Shown: in pieces, positions 53,307 to 64,000 of the stretch
Position numbering within the stretch: the stretch's first letter is position 1
Layout of the letters: every line of letters starts with the position of its first letter
Assembly (NCBI RefSeq): GCF_006345805.1
Contig: NC_043000.1
Location: 5,270,001-5,334,000, forward strand
Length of the DNA: 64,000 nucleotides
Source of the DNA: Octopus sinensis
Taxonomy: Eukaryota
Direction of reading: 5' to 3'
The notes under the pieces: model-generated
The model's input: the letters and a program-made list of their open reading frames with translations, nothing else
Told to the model about the DNA's origin: nothing
Database searches by the model: none
Translations under genes and position numbers: made by a program

Positions 53307-54102
53307 TGTGTGTGTGTGTGTGTGTGACTGTGGGTGTTTTTCCATGTCATTCATTTCAAAGAAAAGCTGTCACCTACAGAAAATGTTACTCTGTGGTCAG
53401 TTCTCTGAACTACAAATCACCTGCTTGCTCGGTGCCTTTGACATAATAAGGAATAAGTGATTCATTTCTTGAAAATTAGGAAAAGGTTAATGACAAGAGG
53501 AACATCTGACTGTATAACAATGATTTGTAAACAAGTAAGGTGTTTCATTTGTTTCCTTCACACCAAATTCCTGAGCAATGGGACACAAACAAACATCATT
53601 GGTGCCTAAGCAGGCTCAGTGCAAAGATACACAGAAGCAAACACACACACCAATACATATTTAGGTTTATGTGTGTGTGTATACATATATAAATATTACA
53701 CACACATGCATGTGTGCACATACACACATACATACACAAATAGACCACACACACAGACACAGACATACACCAATATACCACGCGCACATAAATATATTAT
53801 GGACTTCTGTACAGTTTGGGTAATCAAAATTTTAGAAGGTATTGGCGAACACAAAGTTGTAATAGAAGAAGCTTGTCCTAAGTGCAACACAGGGAAATTG
53901 AACACAGAACCCAAGAGTTGTAAAGTGGATTTCTTAACTACACAATCATATTTATTAAGATATTGATTCATAATATAGATATGAGACTGCGAATTTTGGT
54001 GAAGGCATGGTTTATCATACTGATAAACAAACAAGAACGTATTTCATTGATGCCATGCCAGAAGAATGAGAGTAATTATTAACACATCAATACATATAGT
54101 CA

Positions 54103-54338
54103 GTGCAGGCATGGGTGTGTAGTTAAGAAGTTTGCTACTCAACCACATGGTTTCAGGTTCATTTCCACAGCATGGCACCTTGAGTAAGCATCTTCTACTA
54201 CAGCATCAGACTGATCAAAGCTTTGTGAGTTGTTCAACAGACAGAAACTGAAAGAAGCCCATCAAACATGTATGTGTACATATACATATATATGTATATA
54301 TGTATATATATTTATATATATATGTGTGTGTATATATG

Positions 54339-54371
<33 letters not shown>

Positions 54372-54621
54372 CATCATCATCATCGTTTAACGTCCGCTTT
54401 CCATGCTAGCATGGGTTGGACGGTTCAACTGGGGTCTGGGAAGCCCGAAGGCTGCACCAGGCCAGTCAGATCTGGCAGTGTTTCTACAGCTGGATGCCCT
54501 TCCTAACGCCAACCACTCCAAGAGTGTAGTGGGTGATTTTATGTGCCACCAACACAGGTGCCAGACGAGGCTGGTGAACGGCCACGCTCGGATGGTGTTT
54601 TTTACGTGCCACCGGCACGTA

Positions 54622-54673
<52 letters not shown>

Positions 54674-54950
54674 ATTGACTGGCCCCCTGCCCCGAAATTT
54701 CAGCCCCTGTGCCTAGAGTAGAAAAGATATTGCATGTGAATTGTAAATGTAAATGAGTGTCACTGTCATACAAGCAGTGTCATTCATTTCCAATATTCTG
54801 AGAAAACATTCCTGGCCATTGGGAAATATTACATTGCTTGGAAACTGGTAAGGGTTGGTGGCAGGAAGGGCATCCAGCTGCAAAGAATCTGCTTCAATAA
54901 ACTCCATCCGACTCATGCAAGCATGGAAAAGAAAGTGGTGATAATGATGA
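54103..54950 (+). mobile_element. Family A head, (TA)n holding a family B insertion (54371-54620, -), then family G tail
   Basis: Modules recognisable by identity to other copies in the window. Confidence 0.75.
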
Positions 54951-55015
54951 GATCCTAATACCCTATGGGTGGAATCGAGTGGTAGAAACCATGCAAAAAC
55001 TCATTATGTATTACT

Positions 55016-55416
55016 TATTTCTTTATTGCCCACAAGGGGCTAAACATAGAGGGGGACAAACAAGGACAGACAAAGGGATTAAGTCGATTACATCGACCCC
55101 AGTGTGTAACTGGTACTTAATTTATCGACCCTGAAAGGTTGAAAGGCAAAGTCAACCTCGGCAGAATTTGAACTCAGAGCGTAACAGCAGACGAAATACC
55201 TATTTCTTTATTACCCACAAGGGGATAAACAAGGATAGACAAAGGTATTAAGTCTATTACATCGACCCCAGTGTGTAACTGGTACTTAATTTATCGACCC
55301 TGAAAGGTTGAAAGGCAAAGTCGACCTTGGCGGAATTTGAACTCAGAACGTAATGGCAGACGAAATACCACCAAGCATTTCACTCAGCGTGCTAACGATT
55401 CTGCCAGCTTGCCGCC
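55016..55416 (-). mobile_element. Head-to-tail dimer of family C (tail type 2) with a 15-bp TSD
   Basis: tcattatgtattact at 55001 and 55419; internal junction aaatacctatttc at about 55200. Confidence 0.9.
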
Positions 55417-56200
55417 ATTCATTATGTATTACTGTTTGTATTTATGTCATGTCCATTCTGTGTTGCTCTAAAATTTAGTGGTGTGACATACAGAGATCGG
55501 TAAAATAAGTCCTGGGATCAATATGGCATATTAAAAATGGTGCCTAAGCATCATCACTGTCTAATAACTGAGACCAGTAAAAGAATATCTTCATACATAT
55601 TAATAAGCTACAATACATGCATATGTATGTGTGTGTATCTTGTATACATGAATATGCATTTTAGCTTATTAATATGTATGACTGCCTGATTAATATTTAT
55701 TAATATGTAAGTGCATATTTGTGTGTGTATATATACGCATCTGTAAACATAATCTTGTTTTAAAGACTAAATAGATGTGTTGAAGCTATTAACCTATTGA
55801 TAATGAAATAAACTAATACAAGTGCATAAGTACATATTTTAGTTTAATTATCTGTATGACAATGCATTAATATGTATTAATATTTATGTGTGGTGTACTT
55901 ATGTGCATATATATATCTATGAACATAACACATTGTTTCAAAGACGACTCAATGGCTGGATGTTTAAGTTATTAACTCAAAGGCAATAAGTTAATAACTC
56001 TGTTGTTACTATTACAGTTATGTGTTTCGAAACAAATTTTCCTACTTGCCTACAATGAATAATAATAATGATGATAATGATGATGGTGGTGGTGGTGGTT
56101 GTGGTGGTGATGATGATGATGATGATGATAATAACAATAATAATAATAATAATAATAATAATAATCGTAATAATAATGATGATGATATGATGATGATGAT

Positions 56201-56562
56201 AACAAGAACACTCAGAGAGGGCAAACCTCTGCCCAGGTAACACCAACGTCCTCTCAACGATTAGCCAGAGATGCTTTTTAAAATGAGAAAAGCTGAAATA
56301 AACTCAACTGCTCTCACAAACAAAATACTAAAAATGAACCCGACCGCTCTCAAAAATTAAGTAAAAAAAACAGGAAAATAATCCAGAATCCTTGTCCGGT
56401 ACTGGATCGATTCCAAAATCAAATCATTTTGTGCCAATCATGAGGCCAAACATCCCTGAAAGTTTCATCTGAATCCATCCAACGGTTCTTGAGATACTTT
56501 GTCCATGCACAATCAAACACGACTGAAAACAATACCTCTACCTTCGCTAAGGCACAGGTAAT
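56201..56562 (-). mobile_element. HINE/Helentron-associated non-autonomous element
   Basis: Homolog of 7196-7558; terminal hairpin tacctctaccttcgctaaggcacaggta. Confidence 0.65.
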
Positions 56563-56589
56563 AACAACAACAACAACAACAACAATTAT

Positions 56590-56955
56590 TTCTGATTTAG
56601 GTTCAAGGTCAACAATTTTGAATGGAAAAGGTTAGTCAATACCATTGACTCCAGTACCAGATTGGTACTGTATTTTGTCAACCATGGAAAAGATGAAAGG
56701 CTAAGTTGACCTCATCAGAATTTAATCTCTAATAATAACGGCTCTTCATTTTGGTACAAAGCCAACAATTTTGAGGAAAGGAGGTTAGTTGATATCATTG
56801 ACCCCAATACTTGAGTGGTACTTTACTTTATAGACCCTGAAAGGATAAAAAGTGAACTTGACTTTGACGGCATTTGAACTCAGAACATAAAAAGCCAGAA
56901 GAAATACTGTAAAGCATTTTACCCAAAGTCCCAATGATTCTACTAGCTCACTGCC
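56590..56955 (-). mobile_element. Two diverged family C copies in tandem
   Basis: aacaattttga..ggttagt repeated; gatgaaagg; atttgaactcagaac. Confidence 0.7.
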
Positions 56956-58139
56956 ATAAAAACGATGATGATAATTATGATGATGATGGTGATGATGATG
57001 ATGAGGAGGAGGAGGAGGAGGGGAAAATACCATTCCTTTTCTTTTATAAAATATCATCTCCATCAATTTGCATAAACATGTAAGTTTCTAAATTTTCAAA
57101 AATATCATCAAATTCATGCATAGAATAGGACCACATAATATAACATTGTGAAATAAAGTTTTCCCTTAATATCACAAATGTCTCTGTAAGCTAAGAAGAT
57201 TACTAAATAGATGGGAGTTGAACTAGTTCCTTCCTTTAAATAGATCTTGTGTCAGTTTTGGTGATAAGTGTTCAAGGTGTTCAACCAAGTAAACTTATCT
57301 ATTTATTGAAATATAATGTAAAGTGAAAGTGTAATTCCAATGTAATTTTTATAGAGAATCAGTATGACAAATGTATAACAAATTTGGATCTTTGAATGTC
57401 ACAGGAACAGTCCATTTAAGAAGCTTCCATATAGTTTCCATCAACCAAATTTCACTCATGCAATTTGGACTGACCCAAGGTTATAGAAGAACTCATTATC
57501 CAAGGTGAAGTATAGTAGGCTTGAACTTGTGAGCTCATGATAGTGAAGCAAACTATTTAAACATTTAGCCACTCTAGAAAGTTTCAGTTCCCTTCTACAC
57601 ATTTTAGAAGGAAATTGTTCATTAGCAGACACCTTCCTGGCAGAAAAAAATGAGGTCTCTTTCTTCAGAGACTATGAAATATCTTTGGCACCATCAGTTT
57701 TCAATTATTTTAATCCTTCTGATGCAAGCCTGTTGAGTCCATCTCTGGTTATAGGATACAAATTTCCTGTTTAAAGGGATCTAAATTAAAATCTTCCATT
57801 AAAAATTTCATGTTAATTTACGTTCCAAATATCAGCTTAATTATTCTTTTTATCATCAGCATTTTGAAATTTTGTAAGAAGGATGTAGTTGATTGATTGA
57901 CCCCCCAGTACACAACTGGTACTTATTTTGCCTACGCTAAAAGGATGAAAGACAAAGTAAGTCTTGGAGGGATTTGAACTCTGAATGTAAAGCACCAGAA
58001 GAAATGCCACTAAGTATTTGGTCTGATGTCCTAACGATTCTGTCCACTTGCTGCTGTTTTTCCAGCTTCCGAGCTAAATTATGATCGTTATTTTGCTAAA
58101 TACTTCATTAATTTACAGACATTAATTGAAATGAAGATT

Positions 58140-58766
58140 CTTTTATTCTTTTACTTGTTCCAGTCATTTGACTGTAGCCATGCTGGAGCACTGCCTTGAA
58201 GGGCTTTAGTTGAACAAATCAATTACCGTCACTTAGCGGTTCGGCAAAAGAGACCGATAGAATAAGTACTGGGCTTACAAAGAATAAGTCCTGGGGTCGA
58301 TTTGCTCGACTAAAGGCGGTGCTCCAGCATGGCCACAGTCAAATGACTGAAACAAGTAAAAGAGTAAAAGAGTAAAAAGAGAGTACCTAGACTTATTTTT
58401 TAAGCCTAGTACTTATTCTATCAGTCATTTTTGCTGGACCACTAAGTTACAGGTATGTGAACATACCAGCACTAGTTGTCAAGTGGTGATGGGAGGACAA
58501 ACACAGACACAGAGGCACACACACATAAAATATACATACATACATACATACATACATACATACATACATACATACGTACACACACACACACACATATATA
58601 TATGGCAGTCTTCTTTCAGTTTCCATCTACCAAATCCACTCACAAGGCTTTGGTCAGCCTGGAGCTGTAGTAGAAGACACTTGTTCAAGGTTCCATGCGG
58701 TAGAACTAAACTCAGAACCATGTGGTTGGGAAGCAAGTTTCTTACCACACAGCCACACCTGCGCCT
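58140..58766 (-). mobile_element. Family A SINE with a younger family A 3' module inserted in opposite orientation (58224-58383, +)
   Basis: Minus-strand copy is split; insert matches 22077-22220; short tacc direct repeat at the junctions. Confidence 0.85.
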
Positions 58767-59099
58767 AACGGTGATGAAAGGGTTAATCTGATCAGCAGTT
58801 TTAACTATCATGAAATTTTATTTATAACACATTTTCTTTCCATCAAAATCAAAATCAAGATATATGCATATAATATATGGTACTGACTAACCCTTTCCCC
58901 TCAAAACTATCGATCTCATTCCAAAATTATTTATAATATTCAGATGAAAATATTTTCGGAGCCTCATCAGGATTAGAACTCAGAGTACAGGGCATTAGAA
59001 CATATACTGCTAAGAATTCCACCTGATGCTATAATGACCCTTTCCAATTTGCCACTACACAACACCTTAATGAGCTACTTATTAATCAGAATGTTTTGG

Positions 59100-59310
59100 T
59101 TGTTTTTGTTTAACCCCAGGTGAGCCCTGATGAAGGAGACCTATGATCAATAGGCATTCCAGCTATGACCACTCCATTACATTGTTTTTTGAGACAGTTC
59201 ATGTAGGATCATATTACTTCATGTGATCATTTTTGTGAAAGAAAGGATGATGTTATTTCAGGGAGACTTGACTGCTACATTTAGCATGCTGAGTGATCAC
59301 ATAAAGGCCC
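59100..59310 (-). mobile_element. Family F repeat
   Basis: ttaaccccaggtgagccctga..gacctatgatcaa..gcattccagc..ttagcatgctgagtgatcac. Confidence 0.6.
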
Positions 59311-59349
59311 TACCCTCTGTCAGCACATGAATTATTGTTGTTGTTATTG

Positions 59350-59650
59350 TATATCACTTGTGGTCTACCTCTATGTCTCCTGCCGGTTGGTTTGCCTTGA
59401 AGAATCTTGCCATGATACCCTTTCCTTTGTAATTCCAAACATGTCTGTAGCACCAGCACTGTGACCTCTCCACAAGGGAAAGTAGTGGCTCAACCTGGAT
59501 ACACTCACTGAGCTATGCAACCTGTCGGGTAACATAAGTCCAGAAATCCTCATTTCAGCCAAAGGAACATCATTTTGGCCATAGGAACCCCATAGTAATC
59601 ACACTCTTTTAATCAGTACCCAACATTCATGCTCACAGGTAAGGCACACT
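59350..59650 (-). mobile_element. Decayed RTE-clade (Rex3/Expander-like) LINE ORF C-terminus
   Basis: Across frames: LTCEHECWVLIKRV, AEMR..GLMLPDRLHSS, IQVEPLLSLVERSQ.WCYRHV, KILQGKPTGRRHRGRP, collinear with RTE post-RT motifs. Confidence 0.8.
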
Positions 59651-59916
59651 TGAGAATCTAATAGAACAGTTTAAGGGTAGTTACCTCTGAAAGGACCCTG
59701 TGGAAAGAGGTAGCTGCAGAATCTACCCCACCACAGCTCTCCCAGAATCAGAAGGCAATGAAAATGGATGGCCGGATGGTTATTATTGCATTTTTACTTC
59801 TTTTTGTCCTTATTTCACCATTTTTCAATGGGAAAATAAATAGTATGTGAAACTTTTAATACTACTTTCTATTAAGTTTTCAGTTATATGTCCATTAGAG
59901 CCTCAAACATAATGCT

Positions 59917-60300
59917 TTGCAGGTGTGGCTGTGTGGTAAGAAGTTTGCTTTCTGATCACTTGGTCTTGGGTTCAGTCCCATTGCATAGTACCTTGGGTAG
60001 ATGTCTTCCACTATAGCCTTTGTGAATGAATTTGGAAGATATAAACTGTGTGGAAATCTGTCGTATGTAAGAGTGTGTGTGTATGTGTGTGTGTGTGTGT
60101 GTATGTAAATGTGTTTGTCTTATGTTTGTCCCCACAACCACCACTTGACAGCCAGTGTTGGTTTGTTTACGTCCCCATAACTTGGTGGTTTAGCAAAAGA
60201 GACAAATAGAATAAGCACCAGGCTTTAAAATAAGTAGAGGTGTTGATTTGTTTGACTAAACCCTTCAAGGTGGTGCTCTAGCATGGCCACAGTCTAATGT
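59917..60300 (+). mobile_element. Family A SINE, diverged
   Basis: Head, microsatellite and tail all present. Confidence 0.85.
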
Positions 60301-60679
60301 CTCTAGACTGCTGTAATTGACTCCAGTACTGAACTGATTTTCAGTTACATCAACTCCAGAAGGATGAAAAGCAACATGGATCTAATGAGTGTTTGAACTC
60401 AGAACTTAAATCGACATAACTAAAATACTACAGAACATTTTTTAACAGTACTTAACTGGTGTTCTATTATATCAACCCTTGAAGGATGAAAATCATTTTT
60501 GACCTCAATTGTGTTTGTACTCAGAACTAAAAGACTCATAACTACAACGCTGTGGGACACTTCTAGCAATTCTGCTATGGTCTAATCTAATCAGTATTTG
60601 AATTCAGAACTTAAAGGGACATAACTGAAATACTAGAGAACATTTTTTTTTATCGAAATCAAAAATGGAAATTGTAGCT

Positions 60680-61105
60680 GTGGCCGATGCCAGTACTGCC
60701 TGATTGGCTCCCGTGCTGGTGGCACGCAATAAGCACCATACATGTGTGGGTCGTTGCCAGTGCCGCCTGACTGGCTCCTGGTGCTGGTAGAACGTAAAAA
60801 GCGCCTTCCGAACGTGGCCGATGCCAGCCTGCCACCCCACCTCGACTGGCTCCTGTGCCGGTAGCACGTAAAAAGCACCATCCGAACGTGGCCGATGCCA
60901 GTGCCGCCTGACTGGCTCCCGCGCCGGCGGCACGTATAAAGCACCCACTACACTCTCGAAGGGGTAGACGTTAGGAAGGGCATCCAGCTGTAGAAACATT
61001 GCCAGATCAGACTGGTGTCTGGTGCAGCCATCTGGTTCACCAGTCCCCAGTCAAACCGTCCAACCCATGCCAGCATGGAAAACGGACGTTAAACGATGAT
61101 GATGA
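60680..61105 (+). mobile_element. Family B copy with about four 5' monomers
   Basis: Repeated tggccgatgccag..ctggctcc.gtgccggtggcacgtaaaaagcacc; core; (gat)n tail. Confidence 0.9.
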
Positions 61106-61758
61106 AGAAGAAGGATGAAAAGCATTTATGACCTTAGTTGTATTTGAAATCAGCACCTAAAGGCTCATAATTTAAGTACTGTAGGACATCTTTTTTTGTC
61201 CCAGTAGCACTCTGGCAATTCTGCTTTGGTCTAATCTAGTTTTTATGTAATCAGAGATTTTAATGCATATCTACCTCACTACGAAGTACTGTATAATGCA
61301 ATACAACACAGTACAGACAAGCATCCTGGCTTTCGACACACAGCTTGCCTAGAATGCAACAGAAATAATTGATAAAAAGAAAAAGAAAGAAAACACCTCA
61401 CCTACGTGACTAACAGATGTAATACACGCCTGAGTGTATCAGTTACAGGTGTGTTAGTTCTAGTATGACAATTAACCCCTTTAAAGGGTTTCTATCTGTT
61501 TTCTGGCTTTTCTTTCTTTCTTCTGTTTTTACGAGAGTGGTGGTAAGTGGGAGCACTATAGGAGGTGAATGGTACGTGTGTCCTTCAACTTCTATCCCAC
61601 CCCGCTCACTCTTTCCCCCCCCTCTCTCTCTCTCTCTTTCTCACTTTCTCTTGTTTATTTTATTTCTTCAAAGAAGTGTTTTCATAAGATCAAAGAAATA
61701 GTAGAGACAGGTACGCGCGTGTGACTCTAGCGACAAATATGGTTGGATGCTAGCGTGC

Positions 61759-61803
<45 letters not shown>

Positions 61804-62619
61804 CGAATTTATAGCTAGTTCAGAGTTCAACAGCATATTTTTCTATCACCGTTACTTAATTATTATTATATAAGAGATTATTACCATCATCATCATCATC
61901 ATCATCATTATTTAAAGTATATGGTTTCTGTCAGATGAAAGCAGCAGCAGCAGCGACAATAACAACAACAACAACAGGAATGATTAATAAATAACAACTG
62001 TTAACTACCGATGCCCTGTTATTTAATTAATCCACCTAAATTGTATGTTTCATCAAATGTCTCTGTTGTTGTTGTTGATGTTATTTTCTTGCAGAGCAAC
62101 CAACCTCGATATGTCACATAGGAATGGAGGGGTTTTTTTCATTGTTTTGTTTAGTTTTTTTTTTTAAATTGTATTGATATTATTATTATTATTATTATTA
62201 TTTTATATTTTCCAAGAAGTGTTAAGTTCAGTTGCAGTCTACAAGTTTCAGTGGCATCATTTGGAAACCGATACTTTCCGATAAATAGCTATGATGATAG
62301 GGGAGACAGAAAGAGAGAAGGAGAGAGAGAGAGAGAGAGATGGAAGAAGAGAGAGGAAGGAAGAAAAAGGGCGAGAGGAGAAGGAATTAGAGAAGCACTG
62401 TGCATCATTGACAATGAAGATGACGATGATGATGACGATGATAATGATGATGATGATATGAATAATGATGATGGTGACGATAGTGATGATGATGATAATA
62501 AAAAACAACAACAACAACAGTAACCAACGGCAATGCTTATTCGACTGCTGAGGGTATTTCAGAATAACGGAGAACAAGTATTGGGTTGGGGGGGGGGAAA
62601 CAGAAGTGTGTGTAGTGGT

Positions 62620-63215
62620 GGAGGTGGGGGGTCGGGGATTAAAAATAAAAATAAACAATAAAAAAAAATTCCGGGGATTAATTCTGACGGAGAATTCGAT
62701 CGATGTGGCGGTGGCGGTGGTGGCGGTGGTGGTGGTGGTGATGGTGGCGGCGGCGGCGGCGAAGGTGATGGTGGTGGTGGCGGTGGCGGTGGTGGATGAC
62801 AGGGCCGCTGTTGTTGTTATTGTTGTTGTTTGTAAAGGTGGATGGAGGTGGGGTGGTTGTGATGAAAGGCTGTTATTTAGTACAAAGCTACTAACGGTGA
62901 TCCGATCCCGATCCGATCCGATCAGATCCGATCAGATCCGATCGTGGTGAAAAAGATGCCCTAATTTTTTCTCTCATTTATTGACAAATCTTGTCAATCT
63001 TTCCATATTGCAACATGTAAGCTTGGTCACATGACTCGCCCCGGCGAGAATGAAGTGAAAGCGACTCACCCCATGTGACAAAACGACTTCTGGAGCAACA
63101 ACAACAACAACGACAACTACAACTACAACACCGATAGCAACACAAGGGAGATGCTCAATTTGATAGCTCGATTTGCTAAAAAATATAGCCGTTAAATCAC
63201 CCACAAATCACACCT
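62620..63215. promoter_or_regulatory. CpG-richer unique region; candidate promoter / first exon
   Basis: Many CpG, GGC/GGT repeats, E/M-box gtcacatgac (63026) and catgtgac (63072), minus-strand donor GG|GTGAGT at 63070/63069. Confidence 0.35.
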
Positions 63216-63379
63216 TATCGTAAAAAAAAAAAAAAAAAAAAAAAAAATTCGTAAAGGAAAAAGTAGAAATGGAAATTTGATTTGTACCGTTTCTGCCAAG
63301 TATTCTTAGATAGCCATATACAAACCCATACACACACACACACACACACACACACATATTCACACACGCACACAGAAGG

Positions 63380-63527
63380 CAAAATACCTATTTCTTTACT
63401 ATCCACAAGGGGCTAAACACAGAGAGTTCAAACAAGGACAGGCAAACGGATTAAGTCGATTATATCGACCCCAGTGCGTAACTGGTACTTATTTAATCGA
63501 CCCCGAAAGGATGAAAGGCAAAGTCGA
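63380..63527 (-). mobile_element. Family C 3' part (tail type 2), 5'-truncated
   Basis: aaatacctatttctttact..aaggggctaaacac..gaaaggatgaaaggcaaagtcga. Confidence 0.85.
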
Positions 63528-64000
63528 AAAATACAGACTGGATGATCATAACAGGAATGTCTGGTTTATAGGTGTACCGGATCAGAATTTGACCTGAGAT
63601 TAAAGAGTATCATCCAGAGAAGAACATGGAAGACACGTGTTCGTCACCTCATTACTCGCCCTTGTCGCAATCTAAGCAGACATTATTATAGTTAGTCAAT
63701 GGGTTTATTAATTAATAAATAATAATTATTATTATCATTATTACTCTTAATTTTATTATTATTATCGTTATCAGTAGTTGTATCTTTATCAGGAATAGCA
63801 GAAGTGGTAATTACACTGTTGAGGGTCGGAATATGGGGTTTTTGGGATCCTCACAGCCAAATTCATTGACAATTAGGATTTTGAAATACCTCGATAGGTT
63901 TACATTAGTCCTTCACCCCTTTTCATTAAGGTTACGTTCAACAAGGTATAAAATAAACAAGAAACAAATAGATAAATAAATAAACAGCCCAGTTTTCTTT

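Noticed and set aside
58945-58975. Minus-strand ctgatga-ggctcc-gaaa hammerhead core
   Set aside because: No stem I complementarity; likely chance
61393-61455. Possible pre-miRNA hairpin or minus-strand donor ctcacct
   Set aside because: Pairing is short and interrupted; no matching acceptor

Overview
AT-rich, repeat-saturated eukaryotic DNA that is essentially non-coding: intronic or intergenic. The very dense (TA)n/(TACA)n/(TATC)n/(AAT)n/(GAT)n microsatellites and tRNA-headed SINEs strongly suggest an Octopus (coleoid cephalopod) genome; this is an inference, not a database match. I can support no intact host protein-coding gene, and almost all listed ORFs are microsatellite or SINE read-throughs. 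Contents: (1) several interspersed short retroposon families, labelled here with working names A (CORE-like SINE with internal microsatellite), B (head-less, RTE-tail-like, with 5' tandem monomers), C and D (tRNA-headed), F and G; (2) decayed LINE ends: CR1-clade, R4/Dong in (TAA)n, and RTE/Rex3-like; (3) Penelope-like fragments carrying minimal hammerhead ribozyme motifs; (4) Helentron-type HINEs and piggyBac-, hAT- and Tc1/mariner-like MITEs; (5) a 100-N gap; (6) a CpG-richer candidate promoter/first exon at about 62.6-63.2 kb. Most interesting: a variant-core hammerhead, a head-to-tail SINE dimer inserted as one unit, modular head/tail exchange among SINEs, (TA)n-targeted insertions and self-nested inverted SINEs (possible ADAR substrates). 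I found no clear new multi-gene system. Coordinates were read by eye and repeat boundaries are approximate.
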